Shown one piece after another: positions 8,158-18,080 of a stretch of DNA of 43,002 nt (position 1 is the first letter of the stretch; every line of letters begins with the position of its first letter). The notes under the pieces were generated by a model that did not search any database, was not told the DNA's origin, and saw nothing but the letters and a program-made list of their open reading frames with translations. This DNA is from an uncultured bacterium. Its GTDB lineage: Bacteria; Patescibacteriota; Patescibacteriia; Patescibacteriales; UBA12465. Where the stretch lies: assembly GCA_937983635.1 (NCBI GenBank), contig CALJZR010000027.1:1-43002 (forward strand), given 5' to 3'. Made by a program: the position numbers and the translations under genes.

Positions 8158-9672
8158 TTATCGGGCGTATTCGATTACCCGGGTTTCCCGGATAACGTTA
8201 ATTTTAATCTCTCCTGGATATTTTAGCTCACTTTCAATCTTTTTGGCAATATCCCGGGCTAAGTTATGAGCTTTTAGGTCATCGACTGCTTCTGGTTTAA
8301 CAAAGACTCTGACTTCGCGGCCGGCCTGGATGGCATAAGCTTTTTCAATTCCGTCAAAGGTGGTGGCAATCTTTTCCAGTTCTTCTAAGCGCTGGATATA
8401 GTTTTCATGACTATCGCTGCGAGCGCCAGGTCGGGCCGAAGAAATAGCATCAGCAACTTTAACGATGACGGAGATTAGGCCATCGGGCTGGTCATCGTGG
8501 TGGGTGGCAATCGGAGCAATAATTTCTGCGGGTAAATTGAATTTTTTAGCGATATCGCGTCCAATTTCGGTGTGATTTCCTTGGACTTCGTGGTCAACGG
8601 CTTTGCCAATATCATGGAGTAAGCCACCTTTTTTAGCTAAGGTGACATCAGCGCCCAATTCTTCGGCGAGCATGGCAGCGAGATGGGCAACTTCAATGGA
8701 GTGGCTTAAAGTGTTTTGGCCATAACTGGTTCTATATTTTAAGCGACCAAGGATTTGCACTAATTTCGGGTCAAAGCCGGTAACACCCACTTCATACATC
8801 GCTTCTTCACCTGCTTTTTTAATATCAACGGCTAATTCTTTCTTTGCCATTTCCACGGCATCTTCAATCTTAGTAGGATGGATGCGCCCGTCTTTAATTA
8901 AATAATCTAAAGTCTTTTTAGCGATATGGCGGCGGATAAGGGAAAATCCAGAAACGGTGATAGCATTAGGGGTGTCGTCGACAATGATTTCCACGCCCGT
9001 CATTTGTTCAATTGCTTTGATGTTACGACCTTCGCGGCCGATGATGCGACCCTTCATTTCGTCATTAGGCAAATCAATGGTAGTGGTGGTTAGTTCGACG
9101 GTATAGGAGGATACCATTCTTTGCATAGCTAGAGCCATAATGTCTTTGGCCTTTTCTTCTAGCTTGTCGTTAGAATCATCTTCTAATTTTTTAATTCTGA
9201 CCATCAAATCTTCAGCAGATTTTTCTTCAACATTCTTTAGAAGTAAGTTTTTGGCCTCGTCTTGGCTTAAGCGGGCGACCTCCTCTAATTTATTCAGCTG
9301 TTCTTCTTTAATCGCCTTGATTCTCTCCTTAATCTCTTGGACTTCATTAACCTTGTCGTAAAGTTTCTGTTGTTTTTCCTGAAGATCAAGTAATTTCTGG
9401 GAAAAGGAATTTTCCCTTTGTTCTAAGCGGCTTTGGAGGCCATTAATTTCTTTGCGCCTTTGCGCTTCTTCATTTTTAGCCTCGTCAATTATCTTTAAAG
9501 CTTTATCTTGGGCTTTAAGTAACAGCTCTTTTTCTTTAACCCTCGCATCATTAAGGATTTTTTCTGCCTTATTTTGCGAATTTTCCACCTTTTGGCTGGA
9601 TTTTTTTTGGTGGAACCAGATACCAATAAAAAAACCACCCACGGCAACAATAGCGGCAATTACATATTCCAT
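8158..9672 (-). CDS. rny: Ribonuclease Y
   Basis: Has an N-terminal TM segment (MEYVIAAIVAVGGFFIGIWF), a coiled coil, a KH domain (GRIIGREGRNI) and an HD domain (LLHDIGK...HH). The ATG at 9672 is preferred over the TTG at 9693. Confidence 0.93.
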   Translation of the reverse strand: MEYVIAAIVAVGGFFIGIWFHQKKSSQKVENSQNKAEKILNDARVKEKELLLKAQDKALKIIDEAKNEEAQRRKEINGLQSRLEQRENSFSQKLLDLQEKQQKLYDKVNEVQEIKERIKAIKEEQLNKLEEVARLSQDEAKNLLLKNVEEKSAEDLMVRIKKLEDDSNDKLEEKAKDIMALAMQRMVSSYTVELTTTTIDLPNDEMKGRIIGREGRNIKAIEQMTGVEIIVDDTPNAITVSGFSLIRRHIAKKTLDYLIKDGRIHPTKIEDAVEMAKKELAVDIKKAGEEAMYEVGVTGFDPKLVQILGRLKYRTSYGQNTLSHSIEVAHLAAMLAEELGADVTLAKKGGLLHDIGKAVDHEVQGNHTEIGRDIAKKFNLPAEIIAPIATHHDDQPDGLISVIVKVADAISSARPGARSDSHENYIQRLEELEKIATTFDGIEKAYAIQAGREVRVFVKPEAVDDLKAHNLARDIAKKIESELKYPGEIKINVIRETRVIEYAR

Positions 9673-9975
9673 AAAAGTAAAGACCGAAAACAAGAAAGCG
9701 GGTGGCGCAATAACAAAATTAAAATTTTCCTTAGATTAAGGTTTTTTGGGGGTATAAATAAAGCTGGGGGCAGATGGAGTTAAACATCGGTAAGGTAAAT
9801 TTTAAATATAAGATGAAAAGCGAGAAAGGGGTAAGCGGTTATCTATGAGTGGCAGGAGTTGCCAAAAACCGCGCTTATCTTGAATTACGGTTAATTAATA
9901 AATTGCTAAGTAATATTAGTAATTATCTTAGCAAGTATTTTTGGCTTTGTAAAGTGATTTTTAGGCTGTTTTTTA

Positions 9976-10004
9976 TTGACTAAATTTAAAAAATAAAGTA
10001 ATAT
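9976..10004 (+). promoter_or_regulatory. Candidate promoter for infB
   Basis: TTGACT, then 17 nt, then TAATAT, lying ~50 nt upstream of the infB ATG. Confidence 0.5.
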
Positions 10005-10056
10005 TTAGAAATAATTAATATAAAATCGTCTAAAATAGGCGTTTGTCAAATTTTTT

Positions 10057-12039
10057 ATGAATATTACCGAACTAGCTCGTATTCTCCGGATTTCTCCCCA
10101 AGAATTGCGCGACCTCCTACCGGAGCTCGGCTTTGCTATTGGTCAGAAGGCGATTAAAGTTGATAACAATACAGCTAAAAAAATTATTAAAAATTGGCCA
10201 ATTTTTAGACGTCAATGGGAGCAACGCAAGGCGGTTGAACGAGCCAAGAAGCAAGATGAAGCGATTTTACCTAAAGAAAAGAAAACAATTTATATTCCCA
10301 GTGTTATTACCGTTCGCGCTTTGGCCGAGGTTTCTCAGATTCCGGTTAACCGTCTTTTAACTGAATTAATTAAGAACGGGGTTTTTGCCTCTATTAATGA
10401 AAAAATAGATTTTGATGCCGCTTCTATTATTGGTAGTGATTTAAATTTGGACGTGCAATTATTAGCTGAAGACGAAGATAGCGGTGAGGCTGAAGAAAAG
10501 AAATTACAGGATATTTTAGACTTAGAGAGGCCGGAAGATATGCAGAGCCGCCCCCCGGTGGTAGTAGTGATGGGTCACGTTGACCACGGTAAGACCAAGC
10601 TTTTAGATTCTATCCGCTTAAGTAACGTGATTGCAGGCGAAGCCGGTGGTATTACTCAACATATTGGCGCTTATCAAGTCAGCCGTAAGGATAGACGTCT
10701 GACCTTTATCGATACTCCTGGTCATGAAGCTTTTACGGCGATGCGTAGCCGTGGTGCCAAAGTGGCGGATATTGCTATTTTAGTAGTAGCGGCCGATGAT
10801 GGCGTCAAACCCCAGACGGTTGAAGCTTTTCGTATTATTGAGGCGGCTAAATTGCCATTTTTAGTGGCTATTAATAAAATTGATAAACCAGAATCAGACG
10901 TAATGAGGACAAAACAAGATTTAGCTAATCAATTGAATATCACTCCCGAAGATTGGGGCGGGAAAACTGTTTGCGTTCCTATTTCCGCTAAAGAGGGAAC
11001 CGGCATCGAAGAACTTTTAGATATGTTAATCTTGACCGCTGATGCGGAGCTTGGCGATTCTTTGCGCGCCAATCCGGAGGCGGAGGCGGCCGGTACGGTG
11101 GTTGAATCTAATGTTGATAAGGCCGCTGGTCCCGTAGCTACCATTTTAATCCAAAACGGCACTCTCCGTGTGGGCGATCAACTTTGTTTTGAAGATGTCG
11201 TCTATGGTAAAGTTAAATCTTTAAAAAATCATAAAGGCGAGAATATTGAAGAAGCCGGACCCTCGGTACCAGTCAAGATTTTAGGTCTAAAAATATCTCC
11301 TTCCGTCGGCGATATCCTTTATGTTGGCGATGGCAAGAAAGTGAAGATGCGCAAGATTAAGAGCACTGATGTTAAGAAAGAAAAAATTATGTCTATCGCC
11401 CAGCAAGAAAATGGTGATGACAATATTCCTAAAGTTAATGTTTTGGTTAAGAGTGACTTTTTGGGCTCAGCGGAAGCGATCGAAGAATCTTTGATGAAGA
11501 TTAATACCGAAAGAGTAAAAGTTAAAATCGTGGCGAAGGGTTTGGGTAATGTGACTGAAGGAGATGTCAACCGTGCTGGTGACTCAAGTGCTCAAATTAT
11601 TTGCTTCAATACGAAGATGCCGCCGAATGTAGAGAACCTAGCGCGAACTAAAAATATTCCCGTCCATTCCTTTTCGATTATTTATGATTTAATTAAGCAT
11701 GTTAAGGCCGAGATGCAAAAATTAGTGCCCGTTGAAGTTACTCGGGTTTATTTAGGCAAACTTAAAGTATTGGCCATTTTCCGTACCGAAAAACAACACC
11801 AGATTGTTGGCGGTAAAGTTATTTCTGGTAGCCCAGAAAATAACGTGATGATTAATGTTTGGCGCGGGGAAGAATTTATTACCACCGGCAAGATTACAAG
11901 TTTGCAATCAGCTAAGCAGGAAGTAAAATTTGTGGAAGAGGGGGAGGAGTGCGGCTTGAAGTTTGAAGGTCAGCCTTTAATTCAGGAGGCAGATATTTTA
12001 GAATTTTATCGCGACGACAGCAGTATCGCTACTTTATAA
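10057..12039 (+). CDS. infB: Translation initiation factor IF-2
   Basis: 660 aa. Has the GTPase motifs [13 protein letters not shown] and NKID, plus the C-terminal IF-2 domains. Confidence 0.97.
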   Translation: MNITELARILRISPQELRDLLPELGFAIGQKAIKVDNNTAKKIIKNWPIFRRQWEQRKAVERAKKQDEAILPKEKKTIYIPSVITVRALAEVSQIPVNRLLTELIKNGVFASINEKIDFDAASIIGSDLNLDVQLLAEDEDSGEAEEKKLQDILDLERPEDMQSRPPVVVVMGHVDHGKTKLLDSIRLSNVIAGEAGGITQHIGAYQVSRKDRRLTFIDTPGHEAFTAMRSRGAKVADIAILVVAADDGVKPQTVEAFRIIEAAKLPFLVAINKIDKPESDVMRTKQDLANQLNITPEDWGGKTVCVPISAKEGTGIEELLDMLILTADAELGDSLRANPEAEAAGTVVESNVDKAAGPVATILIQNGTLRVGDQLCFEDVVYGKVKSLKNHKGENIEEAGPSVPVKILGLKISPSVGDILYVGDGKKVKMRKIKSTDVKKEKIMSIAQQENGDDNIPKVNVLVKSDFLGSAEAIEESLMKINTERVKVKIVAKGLGNVTEGDVNRAGDSSAQIICFNTKMPPNVENLARTKNIPVHSFSIIYDLIKHVKAEMQKLVPVEVTRVYLGKLKVLAIFRTEKQHQIVGGKVISGSPENNVMINVWRGEEFITTGKITSLQSAKQEVKFVEEGEECGLKFEGQPLIQEADILEFYRDDSSIATL

Positions 12040-12040
12040 T

Positions 12041-12403
12041 ATGGCCAAAGTTGAGCAATTGAATGAATTGTTGCACCGGGAACTTTCCGTTGCTATTAAT
12101 CGAGAATTAGAATTTCCGGAAGCTTTTATTACAGTAGTTTATGTTTCCTGTAATCCTGATTTACAGTTTGCTAAAGTTGGTGTCTCTGTTTTACCTGATC
12201 GGCTAGCAGGCACAGCCTTGAAGAAGCTTAAAGCCTCTTCCGGTCGTTTGGCCTCCGTGATTACTAAAAATACCCGCCTGCGTAAGGTGCCGCGCTTGCT
12301 TTGGGAGTTTGATCCTACCGAGAGAAAAGCGGCTGTCTTAGAAGAATTTTTTCTTAAAATTGAAGATGACGACGAGGATTCGCCACCGATTTCGATTGCT
12401 TAG
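12041..12403 (+). CDS. rbfA: Ribosome-binding factor A
   Basis: 120 aa. Starts 2 nt after the infB stop. The string RKVPRLLWEFD is typical of RbfA, and the infB-rbfA order is conserved. Confidence 0.85.
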   Translation: MAKVEQLNELLHRELSVAINRELEFPEAFITVVYVSCNPDLQFAKVGVSVLPDRLAGTALKKLKASSGRLASVITKNTRLRKVPRLLWEFDPTERKAAVLEEFFLKIEDDDEDSPPISIA

Positions 12404-12407
12404 ACTG

Positions 12408-12436
12408 ATTCCGCCCCTAGAGGGCGGATTTTTTTA
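12408..12436 (+). terminator. Intrinsic terminator after rbfA
   Basis: Hairpin tccgccc-ctagag-gggcgga followed by 7 T. Confidence 0.75.
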
Positions 12437-12476
12437 GCTTTGACTTTTTTAGGTTTTTCCCTTAGAATAAGGGGTT

Positions 12477-13502
12477 ATGCTCATGAAAGAACGTTTAGTT
12501 AAAGCTTATGAAATAATGCGCTTGTCTCAGCGCATTCTTTTTGTGGCGCATTTGCGCCCGGATGGCGATGCCTTATCTTCAGTTTTAGCTTTGCGTTTGA
12601 TTGCCTCCGATTTAGGCAAAGAAAGTTTTGTTTTTTGTAAGGATAAAAATCCAGAACTATTTGATTATTTGCCCGGTTTTTCCCATATTCATGGCAGCGT
12701 AGAAAGTTTACAGCAAGCCATTGGTCGAGCTGAAGATTGGTATCAATATTTTGATTTAATTGTGGTTGCCGATTGCGGCTCTTTAGCCCGGACTGCTTTA
12801 GTCGAAGAAATTAAAGTTTTCAAAAGATATGGAGGAAAAATTATTGAATTTGATCACCATCCGCGTATTGATGATTACGCTGATTTAGAGATTCGTTATC
12901 CCGAATTATCTTCTACGGCCGAATTAGTTTATAATTTTATTATTGTTAATAAGGTTATGTTTAGCCGTGAGTTGGCTGACTGTATTTTAACGGGAATTTT
13001 AACCGACACCGGCAATTTTCTCTATCCCTCTGCTTCTGACGCTACCATGCAAGCTGCCTCAGCGTCTTTAGAGGCGGGGGCTCATTATGCCAAGATTGTT
13101 AATTATACTTTGCGCAATAAGGATGTGGCCATGATTAAGATGTGGGGTTTGGCTCTAGAACGTTTGCGTTTAAATCCACGCTATCAAATAGCCACTTCGG
13201 TGATTACTCGCGATGATATTTTACAGATTTTTGGCAGCGACAATCTTGATAGTGCTGCTGAAAGTGATTTTTTTAGCGGGCTGGCCGGTTTTCTTAGTAA
13301 TTTAGCCGGAGCAAAAGCCATTATGCTTCTTTATGAAGATCAGCGTGGTTTAGTTAAAGGCAGCCTACGCAGCACTCCTGATGGTATTTTGGTGGACAAA
13401 TTAGCCCGGGCTTTAGGCGGCGGCGGTCATGAGCGTGCTTCTGGTTTTGCCCTGCCCGGACGTTTAGTGCAAAGAGAAAAAGATTGGCTTGTTGTTAATT
13501 AA
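12477..13502 (+). CDS. DHH/DHHA1 phosphoesterase (NrnA-like oligoribonuclease / pAp phosphatase)
   Basis: 341 aa. Has HLRPDGDALSS, the DHH motif (FDHHP) and the DHHA1 motif GGGGHERASG. Confidence 0.85.
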   Translation: MLMKERLVKAYEIMRLSQRILFVAHLRPDGDALSSVLALRLIASDLGKESFVFCKDKNPELFDYLPGFSHIHGSVESLQQAIGRAEDWYQYFDLIVVADCGSLARTALVEEIKVFKRYGGKIIEFDHHPRIDDYADLEIRYPELSSTAELVYNFIIVNKVMFSRELADCILTGILTDTGNFLYPSASDATMQAASASLEAGAHYAKIVNYTLRNKDVAMIKMWGLALERLRLNPRYQIATSVITRDDILQIFGSDNLDSAAESDFFSGLAGFLSNLAGAKAIMLLYEDQRGLVKGSLRSTPDGILVDKLARALGGGGHERASGFALPGRLVQREKDWLVVN

Positions 13503-13557
13503 TTAAAATATAAAATAAAAAGTTCTTTTAATAAATTCACCCTTAAATTGTTTAGTC

Positions 13558-13866
13558 ATGGCTAGTTTAGAAGAAGTTAAGAAAAAGGTGCAAACCTATT
13601 GGTATGCCGAGCCCCTGAATCCGGCAACCAATGAATCCATTGCCAGAGAATTGGCAAAAAGTGCAGACGTCTCCGAAGCTATTAATTTAGATGTCGGTGA
13701 TGGTGCTCAACACTCGGTTTATCAATTACCCAGCTATCAACTGGTTTCAATGTTGTATGCCGGCAAGAGACAATTTAGTTTTAAATTTAAAATTTATCGT
13801 CGCCAGGGAAAATATGGCAAAGTAGCTGAATGGAAATTTGGCGAAAAAAAGAAAAGCGGTATTTAA
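13558..13866 (+). CDS. Hypothetical protein (102 aa, basic C-terminus)
   Basis: Intact ORF in a gap between terminators. I recognise no family. Confidence 0.4.
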   Translation: MASLEEVKKKVQTYWYAEPLNPATNESIARELAKSADVSEAINLDVGDGAQHSVYQLPSYQLVSMLYAGKRQFSFKFKIYRRQGKYGKVAEWKFGEKKKSGI

Positions 13867-13888
13867 ATTTAAAACAATTTGGTTTAGC

Positions 13889-13915
13889 AAAAAGGACCCT
13901 CCGGGCCCTTTTTTC
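13889..13915. terminator. Bidirectional terminator between the hypothetical gene and trmD
   Basis: aaaaaggaccc-tcc-gggccctttttt, with one A-C mismatch in the stem. Confidence 0.6.
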
Positions 13916-13930
13916 TTGTTAAAAAATTAT

Positions 13931-14602
13931 TTATTTCTTAACCTTTTGCTGCTGTTGGCGCCAGGCTTTGATTTTAGCATGGTTGCCTTCGAGGAGGACG
14001 CTTGGTACTTTATATTTTTTACCAGCGGCACTAAAGACGGCGGGGCGAGTATATTGAGGATATTCAAGAGTATTAGTCTCTGAATGCGATTCTTCATTAA
14101 TACTTTCAGCATTGCCTAAGACTTCGGGCAGAAGGCGGGTGATTGAATCAATAATAACTAGAGCGGGGAGCTCACCACCGGTTAAAACATAGTCGCCAAT
14201 GGAAATTTCTGCATCGATAAACTTTTTGATGCGAGCATCAACGCCCTCATAGCGGCCACAAACAAAAATTATCTCTTCTAGTTTAGAATATTGTTTAGCT
14301 AACTTTTGGTTCCAGGTTTTGCCGCTAGCGGACAGGAGAATAACCTTTCTTTTAGCCTCTTTAGTTTTACTTTTCTTTTTTAAATCAGTTAAGGCGGCAT
14401 AAAGGGGCTCAATTTTCATGAGCATGCCGGCACCACCGCCATAGGGAGCATCATCAACCGTGCGGTGACGGTCATTAGTCCAGTCGCGGGGATTATATTT
14501 ATCCAGCTTGATTATTTTTTTATCCAGAGCCCTTTTGATAATACTATCTTGGAGATAGGAATCGAGAATGTCTGGAAAGATGCTTAAAAGTTTGAATTTC
14601 AT
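13931..14602 (-). CDS. trmD: tRNA (guanine37-N1)-methyltransferase
   Basis: 223 aa. Has DDAPYGGGAGMLM and GRYEGVD...SIGDYVLTGGELPA, the SPOUT knot motifs. Confidence 0.95.
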   Translation of the reverse strand: MKFKLLSIFPDILDSYLQDSIIKRALDKKIIKLDKYNPRDWTNDRHRTVDDAPYGGGAGMLMKIEPLYAALTDLKKKSKTKEAKRKVILLSASGKTWNQKLAKQYSKLEEIIFVCGRYEGVDARIKKFIDAEISIGDYVLTGGELPALVIIDSITRLLPEVLGNAESINEESHSETNTLEYPQYTRPAVFSAAGKKYKVPSVLLEGNHAKIKAWRQQQQKVKK

Positions 14603-14619
14603 ATTTATTATTTTATAAC

Positions 14620-14651
14620 AAAAAAGCCAGATTGGGAAATCTGGCTTTTTC
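14620..14651 (-). terminator. Hairpin between the KH-protein gene and trmD
   Basis: aaaaagccagat-tgggaa-atctggcttttt. Confidence 0.6.
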
Positions 14652-14668
14652 TATCTTTTATCTAGAGA

Positions 14669-15004
14669 TTAAATCTTCAGATCGTCCAAGGCGGAAGTAT
14701 CAACATCGCCAAGGTCAGAAGTGTGCTCGTTAGACGGGCGGCTGCTGCGGCGATTACCTCCCTCCGGGTCATAGATTTTCAAATTGACGCGAGAGTTATT
14801 TTTAGCGCCGACAATCTTTAACAAGGTGCGAATCGCTTGCGCGGTCTGACCCTTGCGGCCGATGACGTAACCCATATCGGCAGGATTGATTTTCAGGGTT
14901 AAAAGTACCCCCATCTCATCCACGGTCCGATCAACGGAGACATCATTAGGATTGCTGACGATGCTCTTTACGATCATTTCGAGAAACTGTTTGTCTGCTT
15001 CCAT
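14669..15004 (-). CDS. KH-domain RNA-binding protein (KhpA/YlqC-like) with a disordered C-terminal tail
   Basis: 111 aa. Has the KH GXXG loop VIGRKGQTAQAIRTLL. It sits between rpsP and trmD as in most bacteria. Confidence 0.8.
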   Translation of the reverse strand: MEADKQFLEMIVKSIVSNPNDVSVDRTVDEMGVLLTLKINPADMGYVIGRKGQTAQAIRTLLKIVGAKNNSRVNLKIYDPEGGNRRSSRPSNEHTSDLGDVDTSALDDLKI

Positions 15005-15107
15005 ATTTGTTGTTACTGGGCTTTCAAATCAGTCGGGCGAACGCTCGTCAAACTTGAAAGATCCTAGACTTAAATTATATTACCTTGCTCACGCAAGATT
15101 TATACTA

Positions 15108-15136
15108 ATATTATAATTATTGCCCGCCTTTGTCAA
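15108..15136 (-). promoter_or_regulatory. Candidate internal promoter upstream of the KH-protein gene
   Basis: The minus strand reads TTGACA, then 17 nt, then TAATAT, directly after the rpsP stop. Confidence 0.4.
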
Positions 15137-15137
15137 T

Positions 15138-15548
15138 TTAGGCCTGGTCAACGGGGGCTTCTTCCACGACTGGGGCCGGAGTTTCGGCAGGGGCTTCTTC
15201 CACGGCTGGAGCGGTTGCTTTTTCCGCGGCGGCGCGTTTATCCGCCTTGGCTTTTAACTGAGAAACCCGTTTTTCGTTAACCTTTCCTGCTTTTGAGGCG
15301 GTTACCTTCTTGCCTTCAATTATCCCTTTACCAATTAAAAGATTATTAATGGTAGCGGTCATGCCGGCGCCTTTTTCTAGCCAGTATTTAACTCGGTCGC
15401 CTTTTACTTGCAAATCTTTGGAATAGGGGTTATAGGAACCCAAAATTTCTAAAGAATTACCATAAGGATCGCGGCCCTTTTCGGAAATAATCAGGCGGAA
15501 AACTTTTTTGTTGGTTTTGCCGATTTTAGACAATTTAATCATTAACAT
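15138..15548 (-). CDS. rpsP: 30S ribosomal protein S16 with an Ala/Pro/Glu-rich C-terminal extension
   Basis: IKLSKIGKTNKKVFRLIISEKGRDPYG...LEKGAGMT is the S16 core. The real start may be the third codon (ATG at 15542). The tail is AAEKATAPAVEEAPAETPAPVVEEAPV. Confidence 0.9.
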   Translation of the reverse strand: MLMIKLSKIGKTNKKVFRLIISEKGRDPYGNSLEILGSYNPYSKDLQVKGDRVKYWLEKGAGMTATINNLLIGKGIIEGKKVTASKAGKVNEKRVSQLKAKADKRAAAEKATAPAVEEAPAETPAPVVEEAPVDQA

Positions 15549-15620
15549 AGGTGTTTTTAGAGGCGCATCCGAGCGGTAAATCCAGACGAATAACGCTGTT
15601 GTATTTTTCTATATTGACAA

Positions 15621-15649
15621 ATATTAGCTTAATGCCCAGAAAAAGTCAA
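15621..15649 (-). promoter_or_regulatory. Candidate promoter for rpsP
   Basis: The minus strand reads TTGACT, then 17 nt, then TAATAT, starting 2 nt after the pnp stop codon. Confidence 0.5.
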
Positions 15650-15650
15650 G

Positions 15651-17918
15651 TTAGAAGCGTGGTCTTCTGGGGGCGTCATCGCGCCTCGGAAAGCGACCGC
15701 GATCACCGCCGGGAGCCGGGCGACGGAAGCCACCCATGCGATTTTCCGGACTGCCTTTACCTTTTTCGTCTTTCCAATAGGCTTCATTTTCGCTTAAACC
15801 TTTCATGGTGAGGTTAATGCGTCCCTGATCATCAATTTCGATAATTTTTACAGTAACTATGTCACCGATATTGAGTAAATCACCAGGAGTATTAACGAAG
15901 TAGGGCGCAAGTTCGCCGGCCCTCACTAAGCCGTCTTGGCTGTTGTTTAATTGGACGAAGGCGCCGAAATCCATCATTCTTACCACCTTACCAGTAAATA
16001 TTTCTCCGACTTCAAAAACATGGACAATGGCTTTTACTTGCTCAACCGCCTCGTTAACTTTAACGCTATCAGTGCCGCAGACCATTACTAGGCCGTCATC
16101 ATCGATGTCGATGCTGACACCGGTTTCATCAATAATTTTATTAATAACTTTTCCGCCCGGACCGATGATAGCGCCGATTTTTTCAGGATCAACATGGAAG
16201 CTGATAATTCTCGGAGCATAAGGGGATAGTTCGGTGCGGGGAGCGGGAATGGCGTCAGTAATAACTTTTAAGATTTTATTTAAAGCTTCGCGCCCTTGTT
16301 TAAAGGTTTGCTTCATGATTTCTGGAGTGAGGCCTTCGGTCTTAGTATCTAATTGGATGCCAGTTAAGCCAGTATCGGTACCGGTAATTTTAAAGTCCAT
16401 GCCGCCATCTCCGTCTTCTAAATCTTGGATATCAGTTAATACTTGCCATTTGCTTAAGTCTTTATAAGAAGCTAAGCCCATAGCGATGCCCACCACTGGT
16501 TTTTTAATAGGAACGCCAGCATCCATTAAAGCGAGAGTGGAGGCGCAGGTAGAAGCCATTGAAGAGGAACCATTAGAACCAAGGGTTTCGCTGACCACGC
16601 GGACAGCGTAAGGAAAATCTTCTTTATTAGGAATCATCGGCAGCAAAGCTTTCTCGGCTAGAGCACCATGTCCGATTTCTCTTCGGCCAGTGCCGCGTAG
16701 CGGAGAAGCTTCACCCACGCTGAAAGGCGGGAAATTATAGTGATGCATGTAGCGCTTCTTGCTTTGCCCTTCCATGCCTTCCAGTGATTGTTCTAGACCA
16801 GGAGCACCTAAAGTTACAATTGATAAGACCTGGGTTTCGCCCCGAGAGAATAGGGAGGTGCCGTGATCGCGGGGGAGTAGACCAACTTCTGCGTTTAAGG
16901 CGCGGATTTCATCAAGAGCTCGACCATCAACGCGTCTGCCTTCTTCTAAGATAGCGCGCGTTATTTCTTCATCAACTATTTTTTCCACTAGCGATTTAAT
17001 GGCGTAGCCGCGTTTATCGGCGCTGATATTTTGGGAGAAAAGATAGGCGTCTAATTGTTCTTTAATTGCACCAATGGCTGCCTTACGTTCGCCTTTAGTA
17101 TAATATATTTTATCAAATAAAATATTTTTTACATTTTCTCTCAACCAAGTTTCGCCGAGATTAAGGAGGGTTTTTTTATCTTCTTCTTGCTTGAGTTCAT
17201 CTTCGCTCTTTAAAGATTTTTTAATGCTGACAGTCTTAGGAGTGACTTGTTTTTGTAATTCTACAATCAAGTCAATGGCTGGCTGCATTTTTTCTTGACC
17301 AGCCAGAATTGCCTCCAAGATTAAATCTTCTGAGACTTCATTAGCACCGGCTTCAATCATGATAGTTTTTCCTTTGGTGCCGGCTACTACTAAGTCTAAA
17401 CTGCTTAGAGCTTGCTCAGCATAGGTGGGATTGAAAATGAATTCATTTTCAATGCGGCCGATGCGGATGCCGCCGATGGGGCCGCGCCAATCTATTCCAG
17501 AAATAGCGAGGGCCGCGGAAGAGGCGACGAGGGAGACGATATCATGGTCGTTTTCTTGGTCAACTGCCAGTACCGTGATAATCACTTGGACATCGCGGCG
17601 GTCGTCTTGATCAAAAAGCGGGCGAATCGAACGATCAATCATACGTCCGGTCAAAACGGATTCATCAGTAGGGCGGCCTTCGCGCTTAACCCAGCGGGAA
17701 CCTTTAATGATGCCGGCTGCGTAAAGTTTCTCTTGAAACTCCACCATTAAAGGGAAGAAATCAATTCCTTCCCGAGAAGATTTGTTTTGCACGACGGTGG
17801 CCATGACTACGGTTTCGCCGTATTGGACCAAGACGGCGGAATCGGCCTGTAAAGCCATTTTACCAGTCTTAATAGTGAGCTGGCGGCCAAGCCAGTCAGT
17901 ACTAACTATTTTTTCCAT
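15651..17918 (-). CDS. pnp: Polynucleotide phosphorylase with an Arg/Gly/Pro-rich C-terminal tail
   Basis: 755 aa. Has two RNase PH domains, KH (IIGPGGKVINKI) and S1 (GKVVRMMDFGAFV). The tail is GGFRRPAPGGDRGRFPRRDDAPRRPRF. Confidence 0.97.
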   Translation of the reverse strand: MEKIVSTDWLGRQLTIKTGKMALQADSAVLVQYGETVVMATVVQNKSSREGIDFFPLMVEFQEKLYAAGIIKGSRWVKREGRPTDESVLTGRMIDRSIRPLFDQDDRRDVQVIITVLAVDQENDHDIVSLVASSAALAISGIDWRGPIGGIRIGRIENEFIFNPTYAEQALSSLDLVVAGTKGKTIMIEAGANEVSEDLILEAILAGQEKMQPAIDLIVELQKQVTPKTVSIKKSLKSEDELKQEEDKKTLLNLGETWLRENVKNILFDKIYYTKGERKAAIGAIKEQLDAYLFSQNISADKRGYAIKSLVEKIVDEEITRAILEEGRRVDGRALDEIRALNAEVGLLPRDHGTSLFSRGETQVLSIVTLGAPGLEQSLEGMEGQSKKRYMHHYNFPPFSVGEASPLRGTGRREIGHGALAEKALLPMIPNKEDFPYAVRVVSETLGSNGSSSMASTCASTLALMDAGVPIKKPVVGIAMGLASYKDLSKWQVLTDIQDLEDGDGGMDFKITGTDTGLTGIQLDTKTEGLTPEIMKQTFKQGREALNKILKVITDAIPAPRTELSPYAPRIISFHVDPEKIGAIIGPGGKVINKIIDETGVSIDIDDDGLVMVCGTDSVKVNEAVEQVKAIVHVFEVGEIFTGKVVRMMDFGAFVQLNNSQDGLVRAGELAPYFVNTPGDLLNIGDIVTVKIIEIDDQGRINLTMKGLSENEAYWKDEKGKGSPENRMGGFRRPAPGGDRGRFPRRDDAPRRPRF

Positions 17919-17930
17919 ATTGTTTTTGAG

Positions 17931-18030
17931 CCTGGCCTTTAAATTACAGAACTGTATAGCCTTCCGCTCGGATAATTAAATAATTAGGCGCGCGCGAATC
18001 ATCTACAGTGCTATCTATTTAAAGGTCAGG
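17931..18030 (-). promoter_or_regulatory. pnp 5' leader with a long-range stem
   Basis: On the minus-strand RNA, cctgacctttaaat (18030..18017) pairs with atttaaaggccagg (17944..17931). This is 14 bp with one A-C mismatch. The 3' arm ends 12 nt before the pnp ATG. Confidence 0.5.
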
Positions 18031-18052
18031 ACATTAATAAAAAATTTTGATT

Positions 18053-18080
18053 TACTAAAAGATCGGCCTAGCGGCCGATC
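18053..18080 (-). terminator. Hairpin overlapping the stop codon of the NYN gene
   Basis: gatcggcc-gcta-ggccgatc on the minus strand, followed by ttttagtaaatcaaaatttttt. Confidence 0.5.
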
